A DNA stretch of 64,000 bases from an uncultured Alphaproteobacteria bacterium (lineage in GTDB: Bacteria > Pseudomonadota > Alphaproteobacteria > Rhizobiales > Beijerinckiaceae). The position numbers and the translations under genes were made by a program. This document shows positions 47,068 through 56,947 of this stretch, piece by piece; within the stretch, counting starts at the first letter, position 1, and each line of letters starts with the position of its first letter. The notes under the pieces were generated by a model. It saw nothing but the letters and a program-made list of their open reading frames with translations. It searched no databases and was not told the DNA's origin. Where the stretch lies: the NCBI GenBank assembly GCA_963737365.1, contig CAVTSD010000008.1:23504-87503 (forward strand). Direction: 5' to 3'.

Positions 47068-50000
47068 ATGATCTCCCGCTTCTTTATCGACCGACCGGTT
47101 CTCGCCAACGTTCTGGCGCTCTTCTTCGTCGTTATCGGCCTCGTTTCTCTCGTCAACCTGCCGACCTCGCAATACCCGAACGTCGTCCCACCGACCGTCC
47201 AGGTGACGACGCGCTATCCGGGCGCGAGCGCTTCCACGCTTGTCAACACCGTCGCCCTGCCGATCGAGCAGAACGTCAACGGCGTTGAGAACATGCTCTA
47301 CATGCAGTCCACGAGCGCCAGCGACGGCACCTATAATCTGACCGTCACTTTCGCGATCGGCACCAGCGCCGATGAGGACGAGATTCTGGTGCAGAATCGG
47401 GTTTCGGCGGCTCTCTCGTCGCTACCCGCCGAAGTGCAGCTCCAGGGCGTTACAACCAAGAAGCAGTCGACGTCGATCCTCGAATTCGTCGGGCTTGTGT
47501 CTCCCGACAGTCGCTTCGACAGCCTCTTCCTGTCGAACTACGCCGTCATCAATGTCGTGAACGAACTCGAGCGCCTCAACGGGGTGGGCGACGTATCGGT
47601 GCTCGGCGCTGGGCAATACGCGATGCGGGTCTGGCTGGACCCGAATCTTATGCAGGCGCGTGGGCTCACGCCGCAAGACGTCATCTCCATCATCCAGCAG
47701 CAAAGTCAGGAAGTCGCAGCCGGCCAAATCGGAGCGCCGCCGGCGGTGAAGGGTCAAAACTTCCAGTACACCCTGAACCTCAATGGTCGAATCAACGACG
47801 CGCCCGACTACGAGAATCTTATCGTCAAGGTTGAGCCTGGCGCCGGAGGTCGAATCACACGGATCCGCGATGTCGGTCACGTCGACCTCGGCGCACAGAC
47901 CTATAGTGAAGCGTTCGATCTCGATGGAAGGCCGGCCGCCGGCATCGCCATTTCGCTTCTGCCCGAAGCGAATGCGGTCGCCGTCTCCAAAGAGGTCCGC
48001 GACAAGATGGAGGAGCTAAAGAAGAGCTTCCCCGAAGGGCTCCAATATGTCGTCCCCTACGACACGACGAAATTCGTCAATGCTGCGATCTCCGAGGTTT
48101 ACCGCACGCTGATCGAAGCGGGCATTCTCGTGCTTATCGTCATCCTCGTTTTCCTGCAGGACTGGCGGGCGATGCTGGTGCCGGCGACGACGGTGCCGGT
48201 CACGATTATCGGCGCTTTCGCCGCGATGGCGGCGCTCGGGTTCTCGATCAACCTCCCAACCTTGTTCGCCATCGTGTTGGTGATCGGCATCGTCGTGGAC
48301 GACGCCATCGTGATTGTCGAGGGCGTCTCGCGCCATGTCGAGGAGGGGATGCCCGGACGCGAGGCGGCGATTAAAGCCATGGAGGAGCTGACCGGACCGG
48401 TCATCGGCATCACGCTTGTGCTCCTGTCGGTCTTCCTTCCGGCCGCTTTTTTACCTGGCCTCACGGGGCAGCTCTACCGCCAATTCGCCCTCGTCATTGC
48501 GGCGACCGCGCTTATCAGCGCGATCAACGCGATGACACTGAAGCCGACGCAATCGGCTTTGTGGTTAAGACCCCTGAAGCCGCCCAATCAACGCAACTTT
48601 TTCTACCGAGGCTTTAACAGGGTCTACGACGCGGCGGAGCACGGCTACGTTCGGCTCATGAGCGGCATGACAAACCACGCGCTGCTAATGGTGGCCGTGG
48701 CGCTCGCCCTCGTCGCTTTCGCCGTTTGGTCGCTGACCCGCGTGCCGACCGGATTCCTTCCGACCGAAGATCAAGGTTATATGATCGTTGTCACACAATT
48801 GCCGGACGGAGCCTCGAAGGAACGCACCGACGCGGTCCTGGAGAAGATACAGAAGCTCGTCCAGCCGATGCCGGGCATCGAGCATGTCGTGACCGTTAGT
48901 GGCATCTCGATTCTCGACAATCGCGCCAGTCTCGCCAACGCCGGCGTCGCCTTCGTGGTGATGAAGGACTGGGACGCGCGGCTCAAGGAACAAGGTCAGG
49001 ATCAGGAAACGATCCAGCGGAAGATCAACGGCGCTCTGCAATCGATCCCTGAAGCGTTTTCTTTCGCCGTGCTACCGCCTCCGATTCAGGGCGTCGGCAA
49101 TGTGGGCGGCTTCACGATGCAGGTCGAGATCCGCAACGGCGATTTCGACTATGACCTGCTTCAGAGTCTCGCGAACACAGTCGTCGCGGATGGCAATGCC
49201 CAATCCGGTCTCTCGCGGCTCGCGACCACTTTCCGCGCCGGCGCGCCCCAATACTCGGTTGTGGTCGACCGGACGAAGGCGGAGGCGCTTGGCATTACTG
49301 TCGGCCAGGTGTTCTCCGCGCTAGCCGGTTATGTCGGCTCGAACTATGTCACGCAGTTCAACAAGTTCGGCCACGTCTTCCAAGTTTACACTCAAGCGGA
49401 CGCCGACAAGCGCGCCACGGTCGAGGACATCCGCAATCTCAAAGTCAGGGCCGGCAATGGAACGATGACGCCAATCGGAACCGCGATCGTAGTCAGCCAA
49501 GTGACGGGGCCGCCGCTGATCAGCCTCTACAATCTCTATCCGACCGCGACGGTCGTCGGCTCGCCCGCCCCGGGGTTCAGCTCGGGCCAGGCGCTTAACC
49601 TCATGGAGCAGGTCGGCGCTCAGGCGCTCCCCACAGGCACCGGCTTCGACTGGACCGCGATGTCTTATCAGGAGAAGACCGTCGGCAACTCAACCTATTA
49701 CATTTTCGGCTTCGCGATCCTGCTCGTCTATCTTGTGCTGGCCGGGCAGTACGAGAGCTGGATCCTGCCGTTTGCCGTGATCCTCGCGGTCCCGCTGGCT
49801 CTCTTGGGAACCGTCGCCGGCCTCAATATCGAAGGCGCGGACAATAACCTCTACACGCAGATTGGCATCATCCTGCTCATTGCGCTTGGCAGCAAAAACG
49901 GCATTCTAATCGTCGAATATGCGCGCCAGCAACATGAGGCAGGTAAGCCGATTCTTGATGCTGCTGTCGAAGCGGCGCGGCTTCGGTTCCGCCCGATCGT

Positions 50001-50256
50001 CATGACCTCATTCGCCTTCATTCTCGGGGTTCTGCCGCTGGTCCTGGCGACGGGCGCGGGCGCGGCGGCGCGGCGTTCGATCGGCATTGCTGTGTTCGGC
50101 GGCATGATCGCCTCGACCTGCCTCGTGGTCGTGTTTGTGCCTTCGTTCTATGTGATCATGCAGTCGCTCGAGGAACGCAGAAAGCGCAAGCCCGCGCCGC
50201 AGGCCGCGCAGCCTCCTCAAACGGACGGGGCCGCTCCCTCTTCGACGGCTGCCTGA
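47068..50256 (+). CDS. RND efflux permease (HAE1, AcrB/MexB-like)
   Basis: MISRFFIDRPV, YPGASA, GIVVDDAIVIVE, SKNGILIVE, RFRPIVMTS; proton-relay residues intact. Confidence 0.96.
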   Translation: MISRFFIDRPVLANVLALFFVVIGLVSLVNLPTSQYPNVVPPTVQVTTRYPGASASTLVNTVALPIEQNVNGVENMLYMQSTSASDGTYNLTVTFAIGTSADEDEILVQNRVSAALSSLPAEVQLQGVTTKKQSTSILEFVGLVSPDSRFDSLFLSNYAVINVVNELERLNGVGDVSVLGAGQYAMRVWLDPNLMQARGLTPQDVISIIQQQSQEVAAGQIGAPPAVKGQNFQYTLNLNGRINDAPDYENLIVKVEPGAGGRITRIRDVGHVDLGAQTYSEAFDLDGRPAAGIAISLLPEANAVAVSKEVRDKMEELKKSFPEGLQYVVPYDTTKFVNAAISEVYRTLIEAGILVLIVILVFLQDWRAMLVPATTVPVTIIGAFAAMAALGFSINLPTLFAIVLVIGIVVDDAIVIVEGVSRHVEEGMPGREAAIKAMEELTGPVIGITLVLLSVFLPAAFLPGLTGQLYRQFALVIAATALISAINAMTLKPTQSALWLRPLKPPNQRNFFYRGFNRVYDAAEHGYVRLMSGMTNHALLMVAVALALVAFAVWSLTRVPTGFLPTEDQGYMIVVTQLPDGASKERTDAVLEKIQKLVQPMPGIEHVVTVSGISILDNRASLANAGVAFVVMKDWDARLKEQGQDQETIQRKINGALQSIPEAFSFAVLPPPIQGVGNVGGFTMQVEIRNGDFDYDLLQSLANTVVADGNAQSGLSRLATTFRAGAPQYSVVVDRTKAEALGITVGQVFSALAGYVGSNYVTQFNKFGHVFQVYTQADADKRATVEDIRNLKVRAGNGTMTPIGTAIVVSQVTGPPLISLYNLYPTATVVGSPAPGFSSGQALNLMEQVGAQALPTGTGFDWTAMSYQEKTVGNSTYYIFGFAILLVYLVLAGQYESWILPFAVILAVPLALLGTVAGLNIEGADNNLYTQIGIILLIALGSKNGILIVEYARQQHEAGKPILDAAVEAARLRFRPIVMTSFAFILGVLPLVLATGAGAAARRSIGIAVFGGMIASTCLVVVFVPSFYVIMQSLEERRKRKPAPQAAQPPQTDGAAPSSTAA

Positions 50257-50266
50257 CCAACATTGC

Positions 50267-50306
50267 TTCTTGCCGAGCGAGGCTTCGTTTCTTGCCGAGC
50301 GAGGCT
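50267..50306. repeat. Intergenic tandem duplication (18 bp identical, period 22)
   Basis: TTCTTGCCGAGCGAGGCT at 50267-50284 and 50289-50306. Confidence 0.85.
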
Positions 50307-50389
50307 GCGCCTCTCGATGGCTCTGGTCTTCGCCTGGTGAGCGTCTTATACAAACCCCGCGTTTCGAGCTCCGCCGGGAAGAGTCGTTT

Positions 50390-51433
50390 ATGGGCTTTCG
50401 AGTTGTCGTGTCGGCAATGGTGATGTGTTCGGCTTTGTCGGGCGCGGCATTCGCGCAATCGCCGCCGCTGACAACAACGGACGCGATGATCCCGTCATCC
50501 GATCCGAGCATCAAACTCTTCGTTCGCAACAAGCATCCAGCGGGAATGACGTCATTCTCACCGGACAAGACGCTGCTCTTCATTCACGGCGCCACTTACC
50601 CAGCGGAAACGAGCTTCGACCTGCCGATCGATGGGCTGTCGATGATGGATCTGTTCGCTCAGAGCGGCTTCGACGTCTATCTAGTCGACGTGCGGTCGTA
50701 CGGCCTATCCACACGTCCGCCGGAGATGGACCAGCCGCCCGAGGCGAACAAGCCGATTGCGACTTCGGAGGAGGCTGGCGCTGATCTAGGCGCGGCGGTC
50801 GACTATATTCTGGCTCAGCGCGGCATCCCGAAGCTCGATCTCATGGGCTGGTCGTGGGGCACATCGATCGTAGGCGCCTACACGGCAGACCACAACGACA
50901 AGATTAATAGGCTTGTGCTCTACGCCCCAGCCTGGGTGATCCAACCACCGGTCGAGCCGTCGACGAAGCCGATCCCGGCCTATCGCTTGGTCGCCAAGGA
51001 CTCAGCACACGCGCGGTGGCTCCGAGGGGTCCCTGAGGACAAACAGGCGACGCTGATTCCACCTGGCGTCTTCGACGCATGGTGGAACGCCACGCTCGCC
51101 ACCGATCCCGTCGGCAGTAAAATGGAGCCGCCAAGGCTTCGCGCGGCCAGCGGCGTCACGGCCGAATTCACGAACTATTGGGGCGCAGGAAAGCCGTTCT
51201 ATGATCCAAACAAGATCACCGTGCCGACGCTCCTCATTCACGCCGAATGGGACGCCGACCTTCCGACCTATATGGCGGAGGCCTATTTCGCAAAGCTGAC
51301 AAGCGCGCCCTACAAGCGTTTCGTACAGCTCGGCGAGGGCACTCATACGGTAATGCTGGAAAAGAACCGGATGCAGTTCTTCCACGAGATCCTGGGATTT
51401 TTGGACGAGTCGGACGCGACGGCCCTGAAATAG
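50390..51433 (+). CDS. Exported alpha/beta hydrolase
   Basis: Signal peptide ending AAFA; FIHGATYP oxyanion strand, GWSWG nucleophile elbow, PTLLIHAEWD, GTHTVMLE. Confidence 0.88.
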   Translation: MGFRVVVSAMVMCSALSGAAFAQSPPLTTTDAMIPSSDPSIKLFVRNKHPAGMTSFSPDKTLLFIHGATYPAETSFDLPIDGLSMMDLFAQSGFDVYLVDVRSYGLSTRPPEMDQPPEANKPIATSEEAGADLGAAVDYILAQRGIPKLDLMGWSWGTSIVGAYTADHNDKINRLVLYAPAWVIQPPVEPSTKPIPAYRLVAKDSAHARWLRGVPEDKQATLIPPGVFDAWWNATLATDPVGSKMEPPRLRAASGVTAEFTNYWGAGKPFYDPNKITVPTLLIHAEWDADLPTYMAEAYFAKLTSAPYKRFVQLGEGTHTVMLEKNRMQFFHEILGFLDESDATALK

Positions 51434-51619
51434 CTCGGTCTACCCGGCGCGACCATTGAACTGTGCGCCACGCGAGCGCGCCGCGTTCGACGACCCCTGT
51501 GGTATTCGATCTTACACCCTCGCAGTGGTATGACAGCCCGCCTCGGGCGTGCTAGGGGCCGTTCCGGCCGCCCGCCTCCATTCGGCCTTTAATGGCGCGG
51601 CGATACGACAGGGAGCCTT

Positions 51620-51838
51620 ATGTCGAAAGAAGAACTGCTTGAATTCCCCGGATTCGTCGTCGAATTGCTGCCCAATGCGACCTTTCGCGTCAAACTTGAG
51701 AACGACCACGAAATCATCGCGCACACCGCGGGCAAGATGCGCAAGAACCGCATTCGCGTGCTGGCCGGCGATAAGGTGCTCGTGGAGATGACGCCTTACG
51801 ATCTGACCAAGGGGCGCATTACCTACCGCTTCAAATGA
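51620..51838 (+). CDS. infA: Translation initiation factor IF-1
   Basis: [26 protein letters not shown]...[16 protein letters not shown]...GRITYRFK. Confidence 0.98.
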   Translation: MSKEELLEFPGFVVELLPNATFRVKLENDHEIIAHTAGKMRKNRIRVLAGDKVLVEMTPYDLTKGRITYRFK

Positions 51839-52503
51839 CTCTGGCTCTCGAGCGGCGCGACGATTGCTCCGCTTCGCGCTCGGGCCTTCGTCTCGTGCTT
51901 GGGTCCGCTTCGCCGCGCAGGCTCGCGCTGCTTGCGCAAATCGGCGTCAAGCCCGACGCAGTCCTGCCAGCCGAGATCGACGAAACTCCACGTCCTCGCG
52001 AGGCGCCGCAGGCGCTCGCTGAACGGCTGGCGAATGAGAAAGCGCTCGCTTCGGCGGCGATCGCGAGCCAGCGGGCGGATCTTGCGCCTTGCCTGACGCT
52101 CGGAGCTGACACGGTGGTCGGTGTCGGTCTGCGCATCTTGCCGAAGTGCGAAACGCGCGCTGAGGCGGAGACGTGCCTCGATCTCTTGTCCGGCCGCGGC
52201 CATCGCGTGTTCACCGGCCTTGCGCTTGTCACCGGCAGCGGCGCCGTGCGGCGCCGGCTGGTCGAGACCAGGCTCCGGTTCAAGCGCCTTTCGCGCAACG
52301 AGGTCGAGGCCTATTTGGAAAGCGCCGAGTGGCGCGGCAAGGCTGGCGGCTACGCGATTCAGGGCCTCGCCGGCGCCTTCGTCGAGCGGCTGGTCGGCTC
52401 CTACTCCAACGTCGTCGGGCTGCCGCTGGCTGAAACCGCCGCGCTGCTTGGCGGCCAAGGCTATGACGTCCACCGACGCTGGAGCGCGAGCCTCGTTCAA
52501 TGA
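51835..52503 (+). CDS. maf: Maf-family nucleoside triphosphate pyrophosphatase
   Basis: [30 protein letters not shown]. Confidence 0.95.
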   Translation: MTLALERRDDCSASRSGLRLVLGSASPRRLALLAQIGVKPDAVLPAEIDETPRPREAPQALAERLANEKALASAAIASQRADLAPCLTLGADTVVGVGLRILPKCETRAEAETCLDLLSGRGHRVFTGLALVTGSGAVRRRLVETRLRFKRLSRNEVEAYLESAEWRGKAGGYAIQGLAGAFVERLVGSYSNVVGLPLAETAALLGGQGYDVHRRWSASLVQ

Positions 52504-52712
52504 AACCCGACGACGACAAGCCCGCCGCCAAGCAACCGGACCTCAACAAGACCAATCGGCCCTGCCCGATCTGCGGCAAGCCGCGCAGCGAACGTTACGA
52601 CCCGTTCTGCTCGAAGCGCTGCGCCGATGTCGATCTGCATCGATGGTTGAAGGGGAGCTACGTCATCCCCGGCGCGAACGTCGAGCCCGAGCCAGGCGAC
52701 GAGGAGGAATAG
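52500..52712 (+). CDS. yacG: DNA gyrase inhibitor YacG
   Basis: CPICGKP...PFCSKRCADVDL-RW. Confidence 0.93.
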   Translation: MKPDDDKPAAKQPDLNKTNRPCPICGKPRSERYDPFCSKRCADVDLHRWLKGSYVIPGANVEPEPGDEEE

Positions 52713-52788
52713 ACCATAAATAGATCGTTATTTACCTATCCGAGTTCAATTCATTTGGATTGTCTTGGCCGTTCGCGGTTTGGCTACG

Positions 52789-52898
52789 AAATCCAAGGAA
52801 TATCGCTATTGGATTTCCTTGGATTTCCTTGGATTCTCTCGTGCGAATCGAGACTTATCAATAAGTTACACCCGACTTTCGCGAGAAGAATTTTTCGC
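52789..52898 (+). repeat. Dispersed element copy A (hairpin + IHF-like core + A/T tract)
   Basis: 12-bp IR AAATCCAAGGAA (52789-52800) / TTCCTTGGATTT (52815-52826); tandem GGATTTCCTT; core CGAATCGAGACTTATCAATAAGTTAC (52844-52869) with an exact WATCAANNNNTTR; then AGAAGAATTTTT. Confidence 0.6.
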
Positions 52899-53144
52899 GG
52901 GCGTTTTTGCCCTTTGGGCCTTCGAAAGGCAGGGAGGGAAGGCAGCCGGCGAACCCGGACGGAAGCGCAGAACACTCATAGGGCTAGCTTAACGTAGATT
53001 CTGATTTTCTGCACGTGTTTGTCGTCCGCCAAGTTCCCCGCGCCGCATGGACCACCAATCGCGAATCCTGATGACCAAATCGCGCGTGGTTCAAATCGTT
53101 CGGAGCCGCATACGCTCCCCCGCTCGCTATTGTGCTAGGACGGC

Positions 53145-53812
53145 TTGGGGAACCGGACGGCCGAAAAGCGAAAGCTCGCCGCGATCATGGCCGTCGACGT
53201 CGTCGACTATTCCCTGCCTCATGGGGGAGGATGAGGCAGGGACAGCGTGGGTCGTTCGCGAGCATCGGGACGCGGCGCGACCCTTTGTGTCGGACAGGGG
53301 CGGCCGAATCGTCAAGACGATGGGCGACGGGCTGCTGCTGGAGTTTCCGTCTGTGGTCGACGCCGTAGAATGCGCAGCCGCAATCCAGAGACTAATGGTC
53401 GAGCGAAACGCAGAAACGTATGAGAGCAAGCGCATCGTCTCTCGCGTCGGCGTTCATCTCGGCGACGTGCTGGTCGAAGGCGAAGACATCATTGGCGAGG
53501 GTGTCGATATCGCGTCGCGTTTGGAAGGCGCCTGCGAACCTGGCGGGGCGATAATATCCGCCTCGGTCTATGAGCACGTGCTTGGGCGAGTCGAAGCCAG
53601 CTTCGTTGATATCGGCGAACAACACCTCAAAAACATCGCTCGGCCGGTACGCGCCTATCGTGTGGTTATCGGCGGCTCAGTGGCACGTTATCCGCAAACA
53701 AAGCTGGAGGTCGCGGTCGCAATCCAAGACAGGGCCTCGATTGCGATCTTGCCCTTTCAAAATATGAGCGGCGACCTAGAGCAGGACTATTTCGCCGACG
53801 GCATTTCTGAAG
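53145..53812 (+). pseudogene. Class III adenylate/guanylate cyclase (CyaB-like with TolB-type C-terminal segment), frameshifted and truncated
   Basis: RKLAAIMAVDVVDYS in one frame, LMGEDEAGT...KTMGDGLL...GVHLGDV in the next (one extra base near 53214); similarity stops after ILPFQNMSGDLEQDYFADGISE. Confidence 0.8.
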
Positions 53813-53884
53813 GCTGGCGATACGCTTGGGCATTCGATCTGATCGGAGTGTCGCAAGGCGAAACTGCTGGAAGCGGCCGCCGCG

Positions 53885-54703
53885 TCAACGTTGCGATACA
53901 GCAAATTTAATGGCTGCAACAGTTTGAGAAACGATGGCGTCGACGCCCAACATGCCCAGTTTCGCGCTGGCCTTGGACGGGTCGCCATAAACACCGTCGA
54001 CGGTCCCGAATTTGGATCCGCTCGAGAGCCGATCCTCACGGACAAGGCGCGGGTCAAGCGCGAGCATTAGCGACGTATCGTTCAGACCCGCATGAGTTCC
54101 AATCTCCGATTGCGTGAACCCTTGATCCTTCAGAATGCGAACGAAATCGGTTTGCGCCGCATCGTAATACTGCGTGACCGCATGCGCGCGCACATTCGAC
54201 GAGGCCCATTCGCGGTTGAGTTTGCTAGCCACGGTTTTCTCGTTGGCCTGATATCCGCCGTGATCGCCCAGGAAGACGATATCTTTGAACCCGTTCTGTT
54301 TGAAGCTTCGGGCCGCGGATTCGAGAATCGCTTCAAACGCGGTTTCCGGCACGCTGATCGTTCCAGGAAAACGCATGTGGCCAAAGGGCGGACTGATACT
54401 GCCTTCAGGGACATAGGCGATCACCGGAGCGACGAGCGCGTCGCCTAACGCGACGGCGATACGCTCGGACAGCAGTTTGACGCGCCGATTGTGTTTCCCG
54501 AGCGCCATAGCCGGGCCGTTCTGCTCGGTTCCGCCGATGGGCACGATGATGGTGGTTTTGCCCGCGCTGATGTCGTCCCGGAGCTCGGTCCAGGTGAGAT
54601 CCTCGAGGAAGACCGAGGGGCGCTCGTCGGCATAGGCGAGCGGCGCGAAGTTCAGAATCAGCAACGGCAGAAGCAAGAGACGCGCTGCCCGGCTCATGTT
54701 CAT
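53885..54703 (-). CDS. Creatininase/creatinine amidohydrolase-fold protein with signal peptide
   Basis: LEDLTWTEL, IVPIGGTEQNG, LGDHGG, HAGLNDTS, GVYGDPSKASA; signal peptide ending AYA. Confidence 0.88.
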   Translation of the reverse strand: MNMSRAARLLLLPLLILNFAPLAYADERPSVFLEDLTWTELRDDISAGKTTIIVPIGGTEQNGPAMALGKHNRRVKLLSERIAVALGDALVAPVIAYVPEGSISPPFGHMRFPGTISVPETAFEAILESAARSFKQNGFKDIVFLGDHGGYQANEKTVASKLNREWASSNVRAHAVTQYYDAAQTDFVRILKDQGFTQSEIGTHAGLNDTSLMLALDPRLVREDRLSSGSKFGTVDGVYGDPSKASAKLGMLGVDAIVSQTVAAIKFAVSQR

Positions 54704-54826
54704 TCGCTCGCTCCCGCGCCGAACCTCGAATACAAGATTGCGCTTGTTTGCGGCAAGCGGACCTTCAGTGAGAACGCGCTGTTCGTCCGCTGCGGTCGAA
54801 TCGCTCCAGCGGATCGACCTTCGACC

Positions 54827-56947
54827 CTAAAGGGCGCCCTCAATGCAGGCTATGGCGAAAGCGTACTGGCGGGCGACGTCGTCAAGCCGGTCGTAACGTC
54901 CCGACGCGCCGGCGTGGCCAGCGTCCATGGCGGTGCGCAATAGAATTGGGCCCCCTCCGGTCATGGTCGCGCGGAGGCGGGCCACCCATTTGGCGGGCTC
55001 CCAATAGGTCACGCGGGGATCGGTCAAGCCAGCAAGCGCCAGGATTGCGGGATAAGCTTGAGCCCGCACGTTGTCGACCGGGCTATAGGAGCGGATTGTC
55101 TCGAACGCCGCCTTGTCGTGGATCGGATCGCCCCATTCGAGCCATTCGGGCGGCGTGAGCGGCAGGCTCGCGTCAAGCATTGTCGCCAGCACATCGACGA
55201 ACGGCACGTCGGCGATGATGCCCGCGAACAGGTCTGGCGCGAGGTTCGCGATCGCGCCCATCAACAATCCACCAGCGCTGCCGCCCTGCGCCACGACGCG
55301 ACCAGCGCTAGTGAAGCGCTCGGCGATGAGGAACCGGACGGCGGCGAGAAAATCGTGAAAAGTGTTTGGCTTCTTCGCGAGCTTGCCGTTCTCATACCAA
55401 CGCCAGCCTTTGTCCGTGCCGCCACGCACATGGGCGATCGCGAACACGAAACCACGGTCGACCAGCGAGAACCGGTTGGTCACGAAACTCGCCTCGGACG
55501 CATAGCCGTAGGCGCCGTAGCCGGTGATGAACAGCGGCGCCGATCCGTCGAGCTTGGCGCCGCGCTTGTAAAGCAGCGACACCGGCACGGATTCGCCGTC
55601 CTCGGCTGGGGCGAAGACGAGACGCACGACGTAAGCCTGCGGATCAAAACCCTGCGGCATCGTCTGGCGCTTGACCAGGGTGCGGCGCCGCGTGACGACA
55701 TCGTAGTCATAGGTTTCCTGCGGCGTCGCCGGCGACGCGTAGCTGAAGCGGATCAGGGACGTGTCGAATTCGTAGACCGTCTCGAGCCTCAGGGAATAGG
55801 CCTCCTCGTCAAACGCGATCTCGTGCGTATCCCCGCTTTCCAGGTCGAAGACCACGAGGTGCGGACGGCTCATCTCGCGCATGAGCAACACGAGATGGCC
55901 TCTGAACAGCGTTGCATCGGCGATGAACCGTCCGTCGCGCTCAACGACGAAGTCGCGCCAGTTCGCCTCCTGCGGCGCATCGCGCGGCGCAACGACGATC
56001 TTGAAGTCGGGGGCGTCCGCGTTGGTGCGGATGAAGAAACGATCGCTGTGATCCATGACCTCGTAGCGCAACCCAGAACGGCGCGACGCGACGACCCGGG
56101 GCTGGGCGGTCGGATGATCGAGATCGACGATCCATGCTTCCGATGCGTCGTGACCGTGCACCGAGACAATTGCCGCGCGGCCGAGGCGCGTCGGCTCAAT
56201 GCCGATGAACCAGGCCGGATCGGCCTCGACAAAAATCTCGATATCGTCACTCTGCGCGGTCCCCAGGCGATGCAGCATGACACGGCAAGGGCGATGGCTT
56301 TCGTCCTGCTCGACGTAGAGGAAGGCCTGCGAATCGCGCGTCCACACGACCTCTCCGGTCGCGCCGACAACGCGGTCGGCGAGGTCCGTCTCGCGCTCGA
56401 GATCGCGGACGGCAATTGTCAGCATCTCGGAGCCGAGGTCGTCGGAGGACCAGGCGAATTTGGAATGGTCGGGCGAATGATGGCCGCCAGCGAGATGAAA
56501 AAACGCTTTACCCTCGGCGCGCGCGTCGCCGTCGATCAGCACCGTCTCCGCGCCGCCCTCACGCGGCTTGCGGCAGGTGATACGGCGCTGTCCGCCGGGA
56601 CGAAAACGCGAGTAATAAGCCCAGGGCCCGTCGACTTTCGGCGGCTCGCTATCATCCTCCTTGAGACGCGCGCGCATCTCGCGCTTGAGTTCTGTCTGCA
56701 AGTCGAGTGTCGGCGCCAAGACCGCGTCGGCATAGGCGTTCTCAGACTCCAAGAGCGCGCGGATGTCTGGAGGCAGGCGGCTCGGTTCCCGCAGCACCTC
56801 GCGCCAATTCTCAGCCCGCATCCAGGCGTAGTCGTCCGACCACGAAAGTCGGTGTGCGGAGAGCGTCGCCGGCCGGATCTCGGCCTTAGGCGGCGCCGGA
56901 ATCGAGGTTTGCGAGCCCGGTCCGCGCGACACCCGTTCGCCGGTCAT
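54827..56947 (-). CDS. ptrB: Oligopeptidase B (S9A family)
   Basis: DDYAWMR, beta-propeller region, YGAYG, HVRGG, GGSAGG nucleophile, DPRVTYWEPAKW, AGHAG. Confidence 0.92.
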   Translation of the reverse strand: MTGERVSRGPGSQTSIPAPPKAEIRPATLSAHRLSWSDDYAWMRAENWREVLREPSRLPPDIRALLESENAYADAVLAPTLDLQTELKREMRARLKEDDSEPPKVDGPWAYYSRFRPGGQRRITCRKPREGGAETVLIDGDARAEGKAFFHLAGGHHSPDHSKFAWSSDDLGSEMLTIAVRDLERETDLADRVVGATGEVVWTRDSQAFLYVEQDESHRPCRVMLHRLGTAQSDDIEIFVEADPAWFIGIEPTRLGRAAIVSVHGHDASEAWIVDLDHPTAQPRVVASRRSGLRYEVMDHSDRFFIRTNADAPDFKIVVAPRDAPQEANWRDFVVERDGRFIADATLFRGHLVLLMREMSRPHLVVFDLESGDTHEIAFDEEAYSLRLETVYEFDTSLIRFSYASPATPQETYDYDVVTRRRTLVKRQTMPQGFDPQAYVVRLVFAPAEDGESVPVSLLYKRGAKLDGSAPLFITGYGAYGYASEASFVTNRFSLVDRGFVFAIAHVRGGTDKGWRWYENGKLAKKPNTFHDFLAAVRFLIAERFTSAGRVVAQGGSAGGLLMGAIANLAPDLFAGIIADVPFVDVLATMLDASLPLTPPEWLEWGDPIHDKAAFETIRSYSPVDNVRAQAYPAILALAGLTDPRVTYWEPAKWVARLRATMTGGGPILLRTAMDAGHAGASGRYDRLDDVARQYAFAIACIEGAL

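Noticed and set aside
52755-52997. Short ORFs (80 and 75 aa) over the yacG downstream region, and the 62-aa ORF at 63494-63682
   Set aside because: No SD or domain; they coincide with the non-coding repeat element and are better explained by it.
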